Positions 21,900-32,306 of a DNA stretch of 64,000 nucleotides are shown piece after piece (the stretch's first letter is position 1; each line of letters begins with the position of its first letter). The notes beneath the pieces were generated by a model that was not told the DNA's origin, made no database searches, and worked only from the letters and a program-made list of their open reading frames with translations. The translations under genes and the position numbers were made by a program. The stretch is from an uncultured cyanobacterium. GTDB lineage: Bacteria > Cyanobacteriota > Cyanobacteriia > PCC-9006 > JAAUQQ01. The stretch spans positions 3,072,001 to 3,136,000 of the forward strand of contig OY970368.1 of NCBI GenBank assembly GCA_963718615.1, written 5' to 3'.

Positions 21900-24800
21900 A
21901 TGGCCACTGATCCGACTGTCCGCGAAGAAGCGTTTCCTTACTTTGTGAGCGAAGCAAACGACCTGTTGCAAAACATCGAACAGGATTTGCTGAGTTTGCG
22001 GGAAGACCGAACCTCAGCGAAGATTCATAGCCTGATGCGCTCAGCCCACACCCTCAAAGGGGCAGCGGCAACGGTGGGCTTAGAAACGGTTAAGCATGTG
22101 GCCCATGTGCTTGAAGATGTTTTTCGGGCGCTTTACAACCCTGACATTGACATTGACGACGAAGTTGAAGCCCTGCTGTTTGAGGGCTATGACTGTTTGC
22201 GATCGCCCCTGATGGCCGAAATCCACGGCAGTCCGGTGGATGAGTCGGATATTTTCAACCGGGCGGCGGCGATTATTTCGCGACTTCAGGACAAGCTCGG
22301 CGATTTGTTTGACCGCGAAACCCCGATCCCGACCTCTGAGGAGTTGGGCTTTGATGTGGTGCAGTCGATGTTTGAAGTGGGAGTCGAACAGCGGCTCAAT
22401 ACCCTGGCGGCCATGCTGGAGACGGCATCTCCAGAGGAGATGATGGTTCAACTGAAAACCATGGCTGAAGTGTTCTGGGGCTTAGCAGAATCGCTGCAAC
22501 TGCCGGGTTTTGGGCGGATTGCACAGCTCAGTTTAGAAGCTCTGGAGGCCAATCCAGGGGAACAGCGGCAGGTGATCGAGGTAGCCTATGGCGATCTTCG
22601 GGCTGCCCAGCAGGCAGTACTGACGGGCGATCGCACCCAAGGGGGGCAGGCTTCGGCGCGGCTGGAACAGTTGGCCCAGGGATTGGTTGACTCTGAGCCT
22701 CAATCGGAGATGAGCAAGCCGGATACGCAGTCCGTTTCACAGCCCAGCTCACAGCCCAGTTCGCAGACTAGCTCACAGCCCCTGCCTCTCGACATCGGCG
22801 CGAGTCTTGATGCTCTGTTTGGCGAAGGTCCCGTGCTGGATCTCGCCTTTGAAGAAGGGATGGAGGAAGCAGCGGAAGAGCAGGGAATGGAAGCTGCTTT
22901 TGGCAATTTAGACCAGCTCTTTGGGGCCGTAAATCCTGAGGATCTAGCGATGGGGTTTGAACTGGCCCTGTCCCCTATTTTGCCAATGACAGGGACGCTG
23001 GGTGAAGCCACAGCGGAAGAAGAAGTAGAGGTAGAAGCGGAGGTAGAGGCAACTGCCCAAGCGATTGCCCGATTGGAACCCCTGCCAGAGTTTTTAGTTT
23101 CGGAAGCTTTAACTTTGGAAGCGTTAACTTCGGAAGCTTTAACTTCAGAGCCTAAGGTCGTTGATTTGGCACCGATTGATCTAACGCAATCGACGCCAAC
23201 AGCATCAGTACCGACATCATCAGCGCCAACAGCACCGACACCGGCAATCCAAGCGCTCTCCGTACCCGTAGCTTCTGTATCCAGTTCTCGATCCGTAAGC
23301 ACCAAAGCCGCTGTTCCCATCGCCTCATCCGCTGATACGGCCCATCGCAAGGGGGCTCAAGTCAATGTCCGGGTGGGACTAGAGCAGGTTCTGCAACTGG
23401 ATCACTGGGTGGGTGAACTGCTCACCAATCAAATTCAAACCACCGAAGAAGACGAACAGCTTCGGGCCGGAATTCGAGAGCTGCTGGAGCAACTGCGGCA
23501 CCATCGCCGGACCTTGGGTGATCTGCAAAGCTGTGCCCAACAAATCGGCTTGGATGAATGGGAGCTCGATCGCCGCTTAATTCCCAAACCCACCGAGAGT
23601 CCAAAGGTTTCTAGCCGGATCGCCATCCCCCAACTTCCCCTCAGCGCTCAGTTTGATGCCCTAGAAATGGATCGCTATAGCGATCTGCATATCTTTACCC
23701 AAAAGGCACTCAACGAAGCCGTCCAGCTTGAAATCGTGATCGAAGCCGTTGATCAACTCACCAAACGCACCCGCCAAACCCGCGACTCTCGCCAGCGCTT
23801 GTTCCAGCAACTGCGCGATGGCTTAGCAGCGGTGCGCCTCAAACCCATTAGCGAACTCTTCAATCGCTTTCCCCGCGTCTTGCAACAGCTTTGTACCACC
23901 TATGGCAAACCGGTCAATCTGACCCTGACGGGTTCCCATGTTTTGGTGGATAAAGTCACCCTAGATTCGCTCTACGATTCGCTGTTGCACTTGGTGCGTA
24001 ATGCCTTTGACCATGGCATCGAAGACCCCGAAAAGCGCTTGGCCCAGGGTAAACCAGCCGTCGGCCAAATCGAACTTTGTGCCTACCATCAAGGCAATCG
24101 CACAGTGATTGAAATTCGTGACGATGGTCAAGGGGTGAATCTGCAACGCATTGCGGAAAAAGCCATTAGCCAAGGGCTGCTCGATGCCACGGCCACAGAC
24201 CAAATTTCAGAAGCCGAGTTGCTGGAATTTCTTTTTCATTCGGGCTTTTCCACCGCTTCCCAGGTCAGTGATTTATCCGGTCGTGGGGTGGGGCTGGATG
24301 TGGTGCGATCGCAAATCGAAAAACTCGAAGGCTCGCTCTCGGTTCGCTCAGAGGAAGGGAAAGGCACCACGTTCCTCCTCTATCTGCCCCTTTCGGTGAC
24401 GATTACCAAACAGCTCATTTGTTTGAGCAACGGCAACTCCTATGCGATCGCCGCCGACTCTGTCCAGCAAGTTCTCTTACCCCGCCCCGGTCAGCTTCGC
24501 ACCCTGGGAGACGGTCGGTTGGTCCTCAATTATCGTCAAGCAGAGACCGAAATCCCGATTCCGGTTCAGCCCCTGGCCCATCTAATTCGTTATGCCGAAG
24601 GCAGCGGACAGCACTCAGCGCCCGCCATGGCCGAGAAATCTCCGATTTTGCTCATCGCTTGTCCAGAAGGATTGCGCGGCATTCAGGTGGATCAGGTCAT
24701 TGGAGAACAGGAGGTGTCGATCCGCAGCTTGGGAACGGCGATCGCCCCCCCTCCCTGTATTCAAGGCTGTACGGTTCTGGGAGATAACAATTTGGCCCTG

Positions 24801-25307
24801 GCGATCGAGCCTCAGACACTGCTCGCCCAAACCTACGAAGCGGCCCAGGCGCGGACCATTGCTATTGGGTTGCAAAGCGCGAAGAGCGGACTGCGACGAC
24901 AGCCGAACGGTCCCCAAGCGCCTCGGGTTTTGATTGTGGATGATTCTCTCACCCAGCGCCGGACGCTCGAACGCACCTTGGTCACCGTGGGCTACGAGGT
25001 GGAGCAGGCGGAAGATGGTCTCGAAGCCTTGATTCGCTTGAAGCAGGAAACGGGATTTGATCTCATCGTTTGCGATTTGGAAATGCCTCGGATGAATGGC
25101 TTTGAGTTTTTGAGCCAGAAACACGGCTTGAGTCAAAACGCCCAAATTCCCGTGATTATTTTGACCTCTCGCGGCGGCAGCAAATATCGACAGCTTGCCC
25201 TCGGGCTGGGAGCGGCGGCGTTCTTGAGCAAACCCTATACCGATTACGAGTTGCTCAACCAAGTTGCTGAATTGATTCAGACCCAAAAACCGGCGGCTGT
25301 CCGCTAG
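21900..25307 (+). CDS. CheA-like hybrid histidine kinase (Hpt-HATPase-CheW-receiver), PixL-like
   Basis: Hpt AHTLKG, HLVRNAFDHGIE, DDGQG, SGRGVGLDVV, CheW domain, C-terminal receiver; start MATDP at 21900. Confidence 0.93.
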   Translation: MATDPTVREEAFPYFVSEANDLLQNIEQDLLSLREDRTSAKIHSLMRSAHTLKGAAATVGLETVKHVAHVLEDVFRALYNPDIDIDDEVEALLFEGYDCLRSPLMAEIHGSPVDESDIFNRAAAIISRLQDKLGDLFDRETPIPTSEELGFDVVQSMFEVGVEQRLNTLAAMLETASPEEMMVQLKTMAEVFWGLAESLQLPGFGRIAQLSLEALEANPGEQRQVIEVAYGDLRAAQQAVLTGDRTQGGQASARLEQLAQGLVDSEPQSEMSKPDTQSVSQPSSQPSSQTSSQPLPLDIGASLDALFGEGPVLDLAFEEGMEEAAEEQGMEAAFGNLDQLFGAVNPEDLAMGFELALSPILPMTGTLGEATAEEEVEVEAEVEATAQAIARLEPLPEFLVSEALTLEALTSEALTSEPKVVDLAPIDLTQSTPTASVPTSSAPTAPTPAIQALSVPVASVSSSRSVSTKAAVPIASSADTAHRKGAQVNVRVGLEQVLQLDHWVGELLTNQIQTTEEDEQLRAGIRELLEQLRHHRRTLGDLQSCAQQIGLDEWELDRRLIPKPTESPKVSSRIAIPQLPLSAQFDALEMDRYSDLHIFTQKALNEAVQLEIVIEAVDQLTKRTRQTRDSRQRLFQQLRDGLAAVRLKPISELFNRFPRVLQQLCTTYGKPVNLTLTGSHVLVDKVTLDSLYDSLLHLVRNAFDHGIEDPEKRLAQGKPAVGQIELCAYHQGNRTVIEIRDDGQGVNLQRIAEKAISQGLLDATATDQISEAELLEFLFHSGFSTASQVSDLSGRGVGLDVVRSQIEKLEGSLSVRSEEGKGTTFLLYLPLSVTITKQLICLSNGNSYAIAADSVQQVLLPRPGQLRTLGDGRLVLNYRQAETEIPIPVQPLAHLIRYAEGSGQHSAPAMAEKSPILLIACPEGLRGIQVDQVIGEQEVSIRSLGTAIAPPPCIQGCTVLGDNNLALAIEPQTLLAQTYEAAQARTIAIGLQSAKSGLRRQPNGPQAPRVLIVDDSLTQRRTLERTLVTVGYEVEQAEDGLEALIRLKQETGFDLIVCDLEMPRMNGFEFLSQKHGLSQNAQIPVIILTSRGGSKYRQLALGLGAAAFLSKPYTDYELLNQVAELIQTQKPAAVR

Positions 25308-25347
25308 CAACGGTCCGCTAAATCCTGTTCACGTTCGGATATCATCC

Positions 25348-25911
25348 ATGCAAACTTCTGCCCCTGGGGCGCTCCCCCAAACCTGTAAAGCAGTGGTCCT
25401 GATGACCGCAGGTTACCGATTTGCGCTGCCGTTGAATGCGATCGCCCGCATCCTTCACGAATCGCTCTTGCAGCAGGATCCGCAAGTTCCAGACTTGGTT
25501 TATTTTGAGAACCAACCGCTGGAGCAAGTCTATTTCAATCGCCTTCTCTCGCCTATTTCCGCAGCTCACGCTCCTGTGGCGCAACCGTTTTTTGTTCTGG
25601 TGGAAGTAAACCAAAGACGGCTGGCGATCGCCGTCGATAATCCGCCCGTGATGATGGAGTTGCCCCTGACCGAGGTTTGCGAAATTCCTGCTACCTACAG
25701 CCGCACGCTCCAAGGTTTAGCACGGCAAATGGTCACGCTTGACCTCACCAAAGCCAGCAAGACAGCGGCCAAAACCGAAGGATCAACCCCTGGGCTGATG
25801 GCTGGCCATTTGGCATTAGGGCCACAACCCAGCGGACGCCTCAGTATTTTTCTCCTCGATCTCCACCAGGTTATCCGTCGGATGGATGCGATAGCAGTCG
25901 TCCCAGCCTAA
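25348..25911 (+). CDS. Degenerate CheW-like protein
   Basis: AGYRFALPLNAIARI and LAIAVDNPP strands; last gene of the chemosensory operon. Confidence 0.7.
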   Translation: MQTSAPGALPQTCKAVVLMTAGYRFALPLNAIARILHESLLQQDPQVPDLVYFENQPLEQVYFNRLLSPISAAHAPVAQPFFVLVEVNQRRLAIAVDNPPVMMELPLTEVCEIPATYSRTLQGLARQMVTLDLTKASKTAAKTEGSTPGLMAGHLALGPQPSGRLSIFLLDLHQVIRRMDAIAVVPA

Positions 25912-25940
25912 GATCCATGTCAAGCAAAATCCCCCTGAAT

Positions 25941-25992
25941 AGCGCAAGAACCTCGTTGTGGCATCCGTTTATCCGCGAGTTCTTGCGCTTTC
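25941..25992 (+). terminator. Stem-loop, probable terminator of the phototaxis operon
   Basis: Perfect 11-bp inverted repeat AGCGCAAGAAC/GTTCTTGCGCT followed by a short T tract. Confidence 0.55.
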
Positions 25993-26278
25993 AATATTGC
26001 GGTAAAGACTCAATAAAGAACCGCCTCAGTAATTTTCCCATCCTTGATTCAAAATATATTTGAACTCTGGGTGATTACTCTGCCTGCATAGTCGCAAATA
26101 GCACTAATCCGCAAATATCCCTCAGCCCCCAGATATTGCCCCCGTCCCGCCAAAACCTGAGGCGTTTAGCGCCCTGGCTTGAGGTGGAGATGGGCGATCG
26201 CCCAGCATCATCAACGGGGGGTGTCGCTGTATCCGACACTGCCTAGCCGATGCCTTGCTGTCTATATGCAATATCTAA

Positions 26279-26512
26279 ATGAAGCGCTTTTATCTCGTGC
26301 GAACCGCTTGGATTACCCTGCTGTCGCTTATTTCTCTATGTGTAACGCTTCAGGTGCTGTCCCGCAAAAACTCTACTTCGCTGGCGCTTTCCCAGCAAGA
26401 GATCTATCCCACAGCGTTACCCTGGATTCAAACCCCGGCAGATTGCATCGGTCGCACCCGTCAGTGGAAAAATAATCTTTGTTTCGAATCGGACCATAAT
26501 CGGGAGTTCTAG
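26279..26512 (+). CDS. Small membrane-anchored hypothetical protein
   Basis: N-terminal hydrophobic helix, then a WIQT..DC..R.W...LC...H...F pattern with two Cys. Confidence 0.6.
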   Translation: MKRFYLVRTAWITLLSLISLCVTLQVLSRKNSTSLALSQQEIYPTALPWIQTPADCIGRTRQWKNNLCFESDHNREF

Positions 26513-26717
26513 GGAGGAGGTTTGGCCATTGCCCGGAGACAGAGCTTTCAACCAGGGCGGATAGGCTGCTGAGGTTAGAAAAATTTGCTAGAAGAGAGCT
26601 AGAGATGGGCAACCTCCGGTTAGCGTTCCTCTGGTTAGCTTTATTCAGTCAGGCAGATTGCAGGACTACCTTTGCCCCAAATCCTTTCGAATCCTGTCCG
26701 CCCTGTGAGAAGTCTTT

Positions 26718-28418
26718 ATGAGCGTTATACGCAATACTGCCCTAGCCCTGGGCCTGACAACCGTGGTGGCCGCAGGAGCGGGTGCCTATGTGTATCGCAA
26801 TGGGTGGCCTTGGGGCGATCGCCCCTCCAGCGCCTACGCCCAAGTGATTCCCGATGATGCAACCCTAGCCCTGCATGTTTCCACGGATCCTCAACGGTGG
26901 GGACAGCTCCAACCCTTTGGCAGTCCCCAGATCAAGCGTCAGTTGACCGCCCAGGCTCAAACCTGGGAGCAGCAACTGCTGACCCATTCGGGGATTTCCC
27001 TCGAAAAGGATGTATTGCCTTGGGTCGATGGCGTGACGTTGGCAATGCTGGCCGCGACAGAGGTCCAGTCGGCGTCAGGCCCTGAGTTTTTAGCGGTGGT
27101 GGGCATCAAAAACCCAGCCAAAGCCCTGGGATTGATGCAGAAGCTGGGCCAAAATTCTGAGGTTAAAATCAAAACCCTGGACCATCAAGGCGTCAAAATT
27201 TCTGAGCTGCTTCCCCAGGGAAAAACGCCGTCGGGCTCTCCCGCCAATCCCCTCTATGCCGCCATGGTCAAGCGACAGTTGGTGATTGCGCCCACCCGCC
27301 GTCCGATTGAAATGGCGATCGAAGCTTCCCAGGGGGATCCATCCTTTGCCGACCTACCGGGCGTGTCGGCGGCGCTGCAAGATACATTGCAATTAAAAAC
27401 GCCCCTCGCCCATCTCTATGTACCCGACTACAGCCAATTTGTCGGTCAGCTCATGACCGCTTCTCCCGACGCCGCACCCCTATCTCCTCAGATGCGAAAA
27501 CAACTTGAGCAAGTTGGTGCCATTCATCTCGGGCTGGGGGTAGAGGGGGAAGGACTCCATCTCAAAACCGTGGCGGCGGTCGATCCGAGCCTACGTCCGG
27601 CCAACTATCAGCCCAGCTCCAATCAGGCCCAGGCTCGATTCCCCGTAAATACCATCGCCTTCTTCAACGGTTCGGGCCTTAGCCAATCTTGGGACAAAAT
27701 GGCAACGCAATCCAGTACCTTGCCTGAAAGTGCTCTGGTCCTCAATCTGCTCCGCAATAGTGCAACCCAGGCCAATCTCGACCTGGATCGCGAGGTGGTC
27801 AGTTGGATGACGGGGGAATTTGCCGTGGGTATCGTGCCGGTGGATCAGGGGGTAGTGGGTCAAGTGGGAATTGGTACGGCGCTGGTGTTGGATAGTGGCG
27901 ATCGCCCCACCACCGAAGCAACACTCACCAAACTCGATCGCTTGGCAGCAAAAAATACACTCAAACTCAGCCAGCGCCAGGTGGGCTCCACGCAGATCAC
28001 CGAATGGTTGGCCCCCACGCCCCAGCCGGAAGCCCTAGTGGGTCACGGCTGGCTGGATGCCGATTCGGTATTTATTGCCCTAGGTCAGCCCTTGGTGGAA
28101 ACCTTGGCCAAACCGCCCCAGCAAAGTCTGTTGGCTAATCCGGTTTATCAGACGGTGATGGCCAAACTGCCATCGAAGGGCATGGGGTATGGCTTTGTGA
28201 ACTTTGAGCAGGCGATCGCCACAGCCCAACGGTCTCCCTTCGCCAGCTTAGTGGCCAATGGCCAGACGATCGAAGTCCTCAGTTCGATTCAAGGCCTTGG
28301 CCTAGCCTCCAGTTGGGAACAGGCGGATCGCTCCACCCTTGAGGTTTACCTGGCGCTAAAGACAACCCAAGATCTGGAAGCCCAGGCTCAGCGCCAGACT
28401 CAGCTCACCCCAAACTAG
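26718..28418 (+). CDS. DUF3352-like exported protein
   Basis: N-terminal anchor, AQVIPDDA, SLEKDVLPWV and DLDREVVSWMTGEFAVG duplicated-module pattern. Confidence 0.75.
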   Translation: MSVIRNTALALGLTTVVAAGAGAYVYRNGWPWGDRPSSAYAQVIPDDATLALHVSTDPQRWGQLQPFGSPQIKRQLTAQAQTWEQQLLTHSGISLEKDVLPWVDGVTLAMLAATEVQSASGPEFLAVVGIKNPAKALGLMQKLGQNSEVKIKTLDHQGVKISELLPQGKTPSGSPANPLYAAMVKRQLVIAPTRRPIEMAIEASQGDPSFADLPGVSAALQDTLQLKTPLAHLYVPDYSQFVGQLMTASPDAAPLSPQMRKQLEQVGAIHLGLGVEGEGLHLKTVAAVDPSLRPANYQPSSNQAQARFPVNTIAFFNGSGLSQSWDKMATQSSTLPESALVLNLLRNSATQANLDLDREVVSWMTGEFAVGIVPVDQGVVGQVGIGTALVLDSGDRPTTEATLTKLDRLAAKNTLKLSQRQVGSTQITEWLAPTPQPEALVGHGWLDADSVFIALGQPLVETLAKPPQQSLLANPVYQTVMAKLPSKGMGYGFVNFEQAIATAQRSPFASLVANGQTIEVLSSIQGLGLASSWEQADRSTLEVYLALKTTQDLEAQAQRQTQLTPN

Positions 28419-28451
28419 ACCCCAAACTAGACCCCAAACTAGACCCTAAAC
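28407..28451. repeat. 12-bp tandem repeat ACCCCAAACTAG x3 plus a partial copy
   Basis: Directly visible; first copy includes the stop codon of 26718..28418. Confidence 0.9.
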
Positions 28452-28469
28452 CCAATCAGCAAGCGGCCC

Positions 28470-29237
28470 CTAAAGCATCACCGCCTGGAGCAGCTCCTCT
28501 GAGATCTCAAAATTGGCGGTCACGGTTTGGACATCGTCCAAATCATCCAGGGCATTCATCAGCTTCAGCAGTGGCTTTGCTTGATCCAACGACGTGATCT
28601 CCACAGCATTGCCCGGAATCCAGCGCAGCTCAGCCTCGCGGACCTGATACCGCTTGGCCTTGAGCACTTGGCTGAGGGTTTCGAGATTGCTCACCGCTGT
28701 CAACACCTCTGCCCCGGTTTCTGCTTCCGCTTCAAAGAGGTCATAGGATTCCGCTCCCCCTTCGAGGGATGCCTCCAGCAAGGCTTCTTCATCGATGGGT
28801 CCAGTCACCACCACCACGCCTTTATGGGAAAACATCCAGCTCACGCAGCCAGTTTCCCCGAGGTTGCCGCCATTTTTACTAAAGGCCACCCGTAGGTCAG
28901 CAGCGGTGCGGTTGCGGTTGTCGGTTAGGGCTTCGATTAAAATGGCCACGCCCCCTGGCCCATAGCCCTCGTAGCGAATCGCCTCAAAGCGGTTGCCTTC
29001 TTCTTCGTAGGTGCCCGCTCCTTTGGCGATCGCCCGTTCAATATTGTCATTGGGAATTCCAGCGGCCTTGGCTTTTTCGATCGCCGACCGCAATTGAAAA
29101 TTGCCTTCCGGATCTGGCAATCCCGTGCGGGCCGCCACAATAATTTCACGGGCAATTTTGGTAAAAACTTTTCCTTTTTTGGCATCGACCACCGCCTTTT
29201 GGCGCTTGATGTTAGCCCACTTACTATGTCCTGCCAT
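28470..29237 (-). CDS. yebC: YebC/PmpR family protein
   Basis: MAGHSKWANIK, YEGYGPGG, TDNRNRT, LDDLDDVQ. Confidence 0.96.
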   Translation of the reverse strand: MAGHSKWANIKRQKAVVDAKKGKVFTKIAREIIVAARTGLPDPEGNFQLRSAIEKAKAAGIPNDNIERAIAKGAGTYEEEGNRFEAIRYEGYGPGGVAILIEALTDNRNRTAADLRVAFSKNGGNLGETGCVSWMFSHKGVVVVTGPIDEEALLEASLEGGAESYDLFEAEAETGAEVLTAVSNLETLSQVLKAKRYQVREAELRWIPGNAVEITSLDQAKPLLKLMNALDDLDDVQTVTANFEISEELLQAVML

Positions 29238-29379
29238 ATCTCCTGCAATGGGGGCGCGAATTCAACCCGTATTTTGCTTTTCCTACAATAATTCCCCGGA
29301 GGACCCTGCAACTTAGACAACATCACAGAAGTCGAAGGAAGAAGACTAAAATAAAGGCGACTTAGCGGAGGTCCGAGCG

Positions 29380-31818
29380 ATGAGCCGAATTCAAAAAACC
29401 ACCGGACGGCAATATTCCAACGATCTGGAAACCGCTGAGCTCACCCATACCCTGCCTGCCCAAGTTTCAAAACGCCGCACCCAAAGTGGCTCTCATTCCC
29501 AAACCCAAGGGAACCCGCGTCGCCAGCGGCTGAAACTGGCCTTTCGGGGATTGGGAGCGCTGGCGCTGGGGGCGATCGCCGCCTTTAATCCCAATTTTGT
29601 TCAGATCCTAGACCGCCAAACCCAAAGTCTTTTTCTCGAACTGCGGGGACCGATCGCCTCCCCTGACAATATTGTCATCCTGGCCATCGATGACTCCTCC
29701 CTGAGCCAAGCAGATATTTACGCACAGGATCCCGTCCGCTTTGCCGATCTGGAGCCGATTCAGTCCTGGCCCTGGCGACGCCAAGCCTATGCCGAGGTGA
29801 TTGAGCGTCTCTTTGCCGCCGGGGCCAAAAGTGTGTCCCTCGATTTAGTTCTGTCAGCGCCTAGCAGCTATGGTCCCCAGGACGATGAGGCTTTGGCCCA
29901 GGTCTTACAGCGCCATACCGGACGCGTTGTCCTGGCGGAACAGTTTGTCTCTACCGACAATTTGCTCCAGGGGAGTCTGTTCCAACGGGATATGCCCCTA
30001 GAGGATTTTCAAACCGCTGGAGCGACAACGGGGTTCATCAACCTGATGCTAGAGCCCGATAGCCAAGTCCATCGGTTTGGTCTGGCATTTCTCGACCAGA
30101 TTCAGCGTCAGGATCCGCTCTTTCGCTTACTTCTAGAGGACGAGACCGTCACCCCGTCCTTTGCCACCGCAACGCTCCAAGCCGCTCAGGCGACCCAATC
30201 TCCCGAAACCGCTCAGCACCACATTCAGTTCTACGGTCCCAACAACAGCTTTACTCAAATTCCCTTTTGGCAAGTCCTAGACAACACCAGTTGGAATGCC
30301 GTCAATGGTGGCGGAGCGCAGTTCCAGCAACAATTCAAAGACAAAATTGTACTGATTGGCTCCACCGCACCGCTCCAGCAGGACTTTCACCCAGCGCCCT
30401 TTGGCCATACGGGTCTCTATCAACAGCAGTTGTTTGGGGTGGAAATTCAGGCCAATGCCATCGCCTCTCTTCAGGAAAGGGGGGCGATCGCCGATCCCTT
30501 CCTCCACCAGCCCTGGGGACGAGGCCTTCTTCTTGCCCTCTTAGGGATAGGAGCCAGCCAACTGCTCCGACGACCGCGTCAGCCCCTGCTACGTCTAGGG
30601 GGTGGTTTTGTCCTAGCAACTGCATGGGGATTGGTCGGATTTGGAGTCTTGGCTCTAGGACGAATCATTGTGCCCACTGCGTTACCGATCCTGGCCTTGG
30701 TGGGTCTTGGCAGCACCCACTTTGTCAGCGCACTCCTCCGAGAACAGCGACAGCGAAAAAAGCTGCGCCAAGCCCTCAAAGCCCATGCCTCTGTCCCTGC
30801 GGTCCAGCAAATTATTCGGCAAGAGGACTTAGATCTGATTGACCTGATTCAGGAACGGGAAGCAGAAGTCATCGGAAAAATTCTCAATAATCGCTATCGC
30901 ATTGCCAAAGTCCTCGGGACCGGGGGCTTTAGTGAAACCTATGTTGCGCAAGATACCCATCGTCCCGGCGATCCCACCTGTGTTGTCAAGCAACTGCGCT
31001 TGGTGCAGGGAAAACCCGGCAAGATCGAGCTCGTCCGCCGTCTGTTTTTGCTTGAAGCGGAAACCCTGGAGCGATTGGGACAGCATAGCCAGATCCCTCA
31101 ACTGTTGGCCTACTTTGAAGAGGATTATGAATTCTATCTAGTCCAAGAGCTAATCGAAGGCCAGTCGCTCCACGATGAGCTGATTCGCAAAGCCAGGTTG
31201 CCGCTCTACGCCATCATGCAGTTGCTTTACGATGTCTTAGTGGTTTTGGACTTTGTCCATGGGCATCAAATTATCCACCGGGATATCAAACCCCATAATC
31301 TGATTCGCCGCAGCCAGGATAGCCAGTTTGTCCTGATTGACTTTGGCGTCGCCAAAAAACTGTCCGATCGCTTGCAAACCGATACCCGCACCCAGCTCAC
31401 CGTCGCCATCGGGACCCAAGGCTACATTTCCCGCGAGCAAATTGCAGGCAAGCCCAATTTTGCCAGCGATCTCTATTCCCTCGGCGTCACCACCATCGAG
31501 GCGCTGACCGGACTAATTCCCCGACAGTTCCAATTTGATGAGGAAGGGGAAATTTCCTGGACCCATCGCGCGGACTTTATCAGCGATGAGCTGCAAGGGT
31601 TTCTCCAGCGCCTTGTCCGAGCGGACTACACCCAGCGTTATCCCTCCGCCCAGGAGGCTCTGCTCGCGCTACAACAGGTGCCTGAGTTTGCGTTGCTCAA
31701 GGAAGAGCGTCCCCAGGTCATACCCACAGGAACGGTTAATCGACTGTTCCAAAGTTTTGAAGATGAGACCGAAGATGCGTCAGCGGATACCCAAATCTGG
31801 CAGCGGGAGGAGCCCTGA
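29380..31818 (+). CDS. CHASE2-domain Ser/Thr protein kinase
   Basis: CHASE2 (IVILAIDD, WPWRR..A, KDKIVLIG, GVEIQANAI), 3 TM helices, intact Hanks kinase (LGTGGF, VVK, HRDIKPHN, DFG, SDLYSLG). Confidence 0.93.
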   Translation: MSRIQKTTGRQYSNDLETAELTHTLPAQVSKRRTQSGSHSQTQGNPRRQRLKLAFRGLGALALGAIAAFNPNFVQILDRQTQSLFLELRGPIASPDNIVILAIDDSSLSQADIYAQDPVRFADLEPIQSWPWRRQAYAEVIERLFAAGAKSVSLDLVLSAPSSYGPQDDEALAQVLQRHTGRVVLAEQFVSTDNLLQGSLFQRDMPLEDFQTAGATTGFINLMLEPDSQVHRFGLAFLDQIQRQDPLFRLLLEDETVTPSFATATLQAAQATQSPETAQHHIQFYGPNNSFTQIPFWQVLDNTSWNAVNGGGAQFQQQFKDKIVLIGSTAPLQQDFHPAPFGHTGLYQQQLFGVEIQANAIASLQERGAIADPFLHQPWGRGLLLALLGIGASQLLRRPRQPLLRLGGGFVLATAWGLVGFGVLALGRIIVPTALPILALVGLGSTHFVSALLREQRQRKKLRQALKAHASVPAVQQIIRQEDLDLIDLIQEREAEVIGKILNNRYRIAKVLGTGGFSETYVAQDTHRPGDPTCVVKQLRLVQGKPGKIELVRRLFLLEAETLERLGQHSQIPQLLAYFEEDYEFYLVQELIEGQSLHDELIRKARLPLYAIMQLLYDVLVVLDFVHGHQIIHRDIKPHNLIRRSQDSQFVLIDFGVAKKLSDRLQTDTRTQLTVAIGTQGYISREQIAGKPNFASDLYSLGVTTIEALTGLIPRQFQFDEEGEISWTHRADFISDELQGFLQRLVRADYTQRYPSAQEALLALQQVPEFALLKEERPQVIPTGTVNRLFQSFEDETEDASADTQIWQREEP

Positions 31819-32306
31819 GTTAGAGCCCTGGGCTAGAAGCCGAATACTCAAGGTTCAAACAGTCAAGGTCCAAACATTCAGTTTTCAACCCCGTGTGACC
31901 TGAATCATTGGTCACAACTGTAAGAATTGTGTAAAGTAAAAGTGTAGGGAAAACATGAAGAACCTAGAGAAAATCGGGTTGTATTGTGTAAGCTCAACTT
32001 AGGTTACAGAGAGAATCAGGGTTTGACTGGCAAGTTTCCTACGAGTTTTAACGGATCAACATTCATGCAGTCTCGCTATAGAACTTCTAGGCAAGACTTA
32101 AGATCCAAAGGGTGATTTCAGCTTGCGTCTACATTCCAGCTTACCCTCAGAGTTTTTCCAAGGCTGTTCCAGGGTTTCCGGTGTTAGTTTATAGTCCGTT
32201 CATAAAGTTCGTTTACAAAAAGTTTGTTTACAAAGTTCGTTCACAATCGATAGCCGCTCGCGGTCGTTCGATTGGAGACGTTGAATTGTAGGGTTAGGGT
32301 TCCCCC

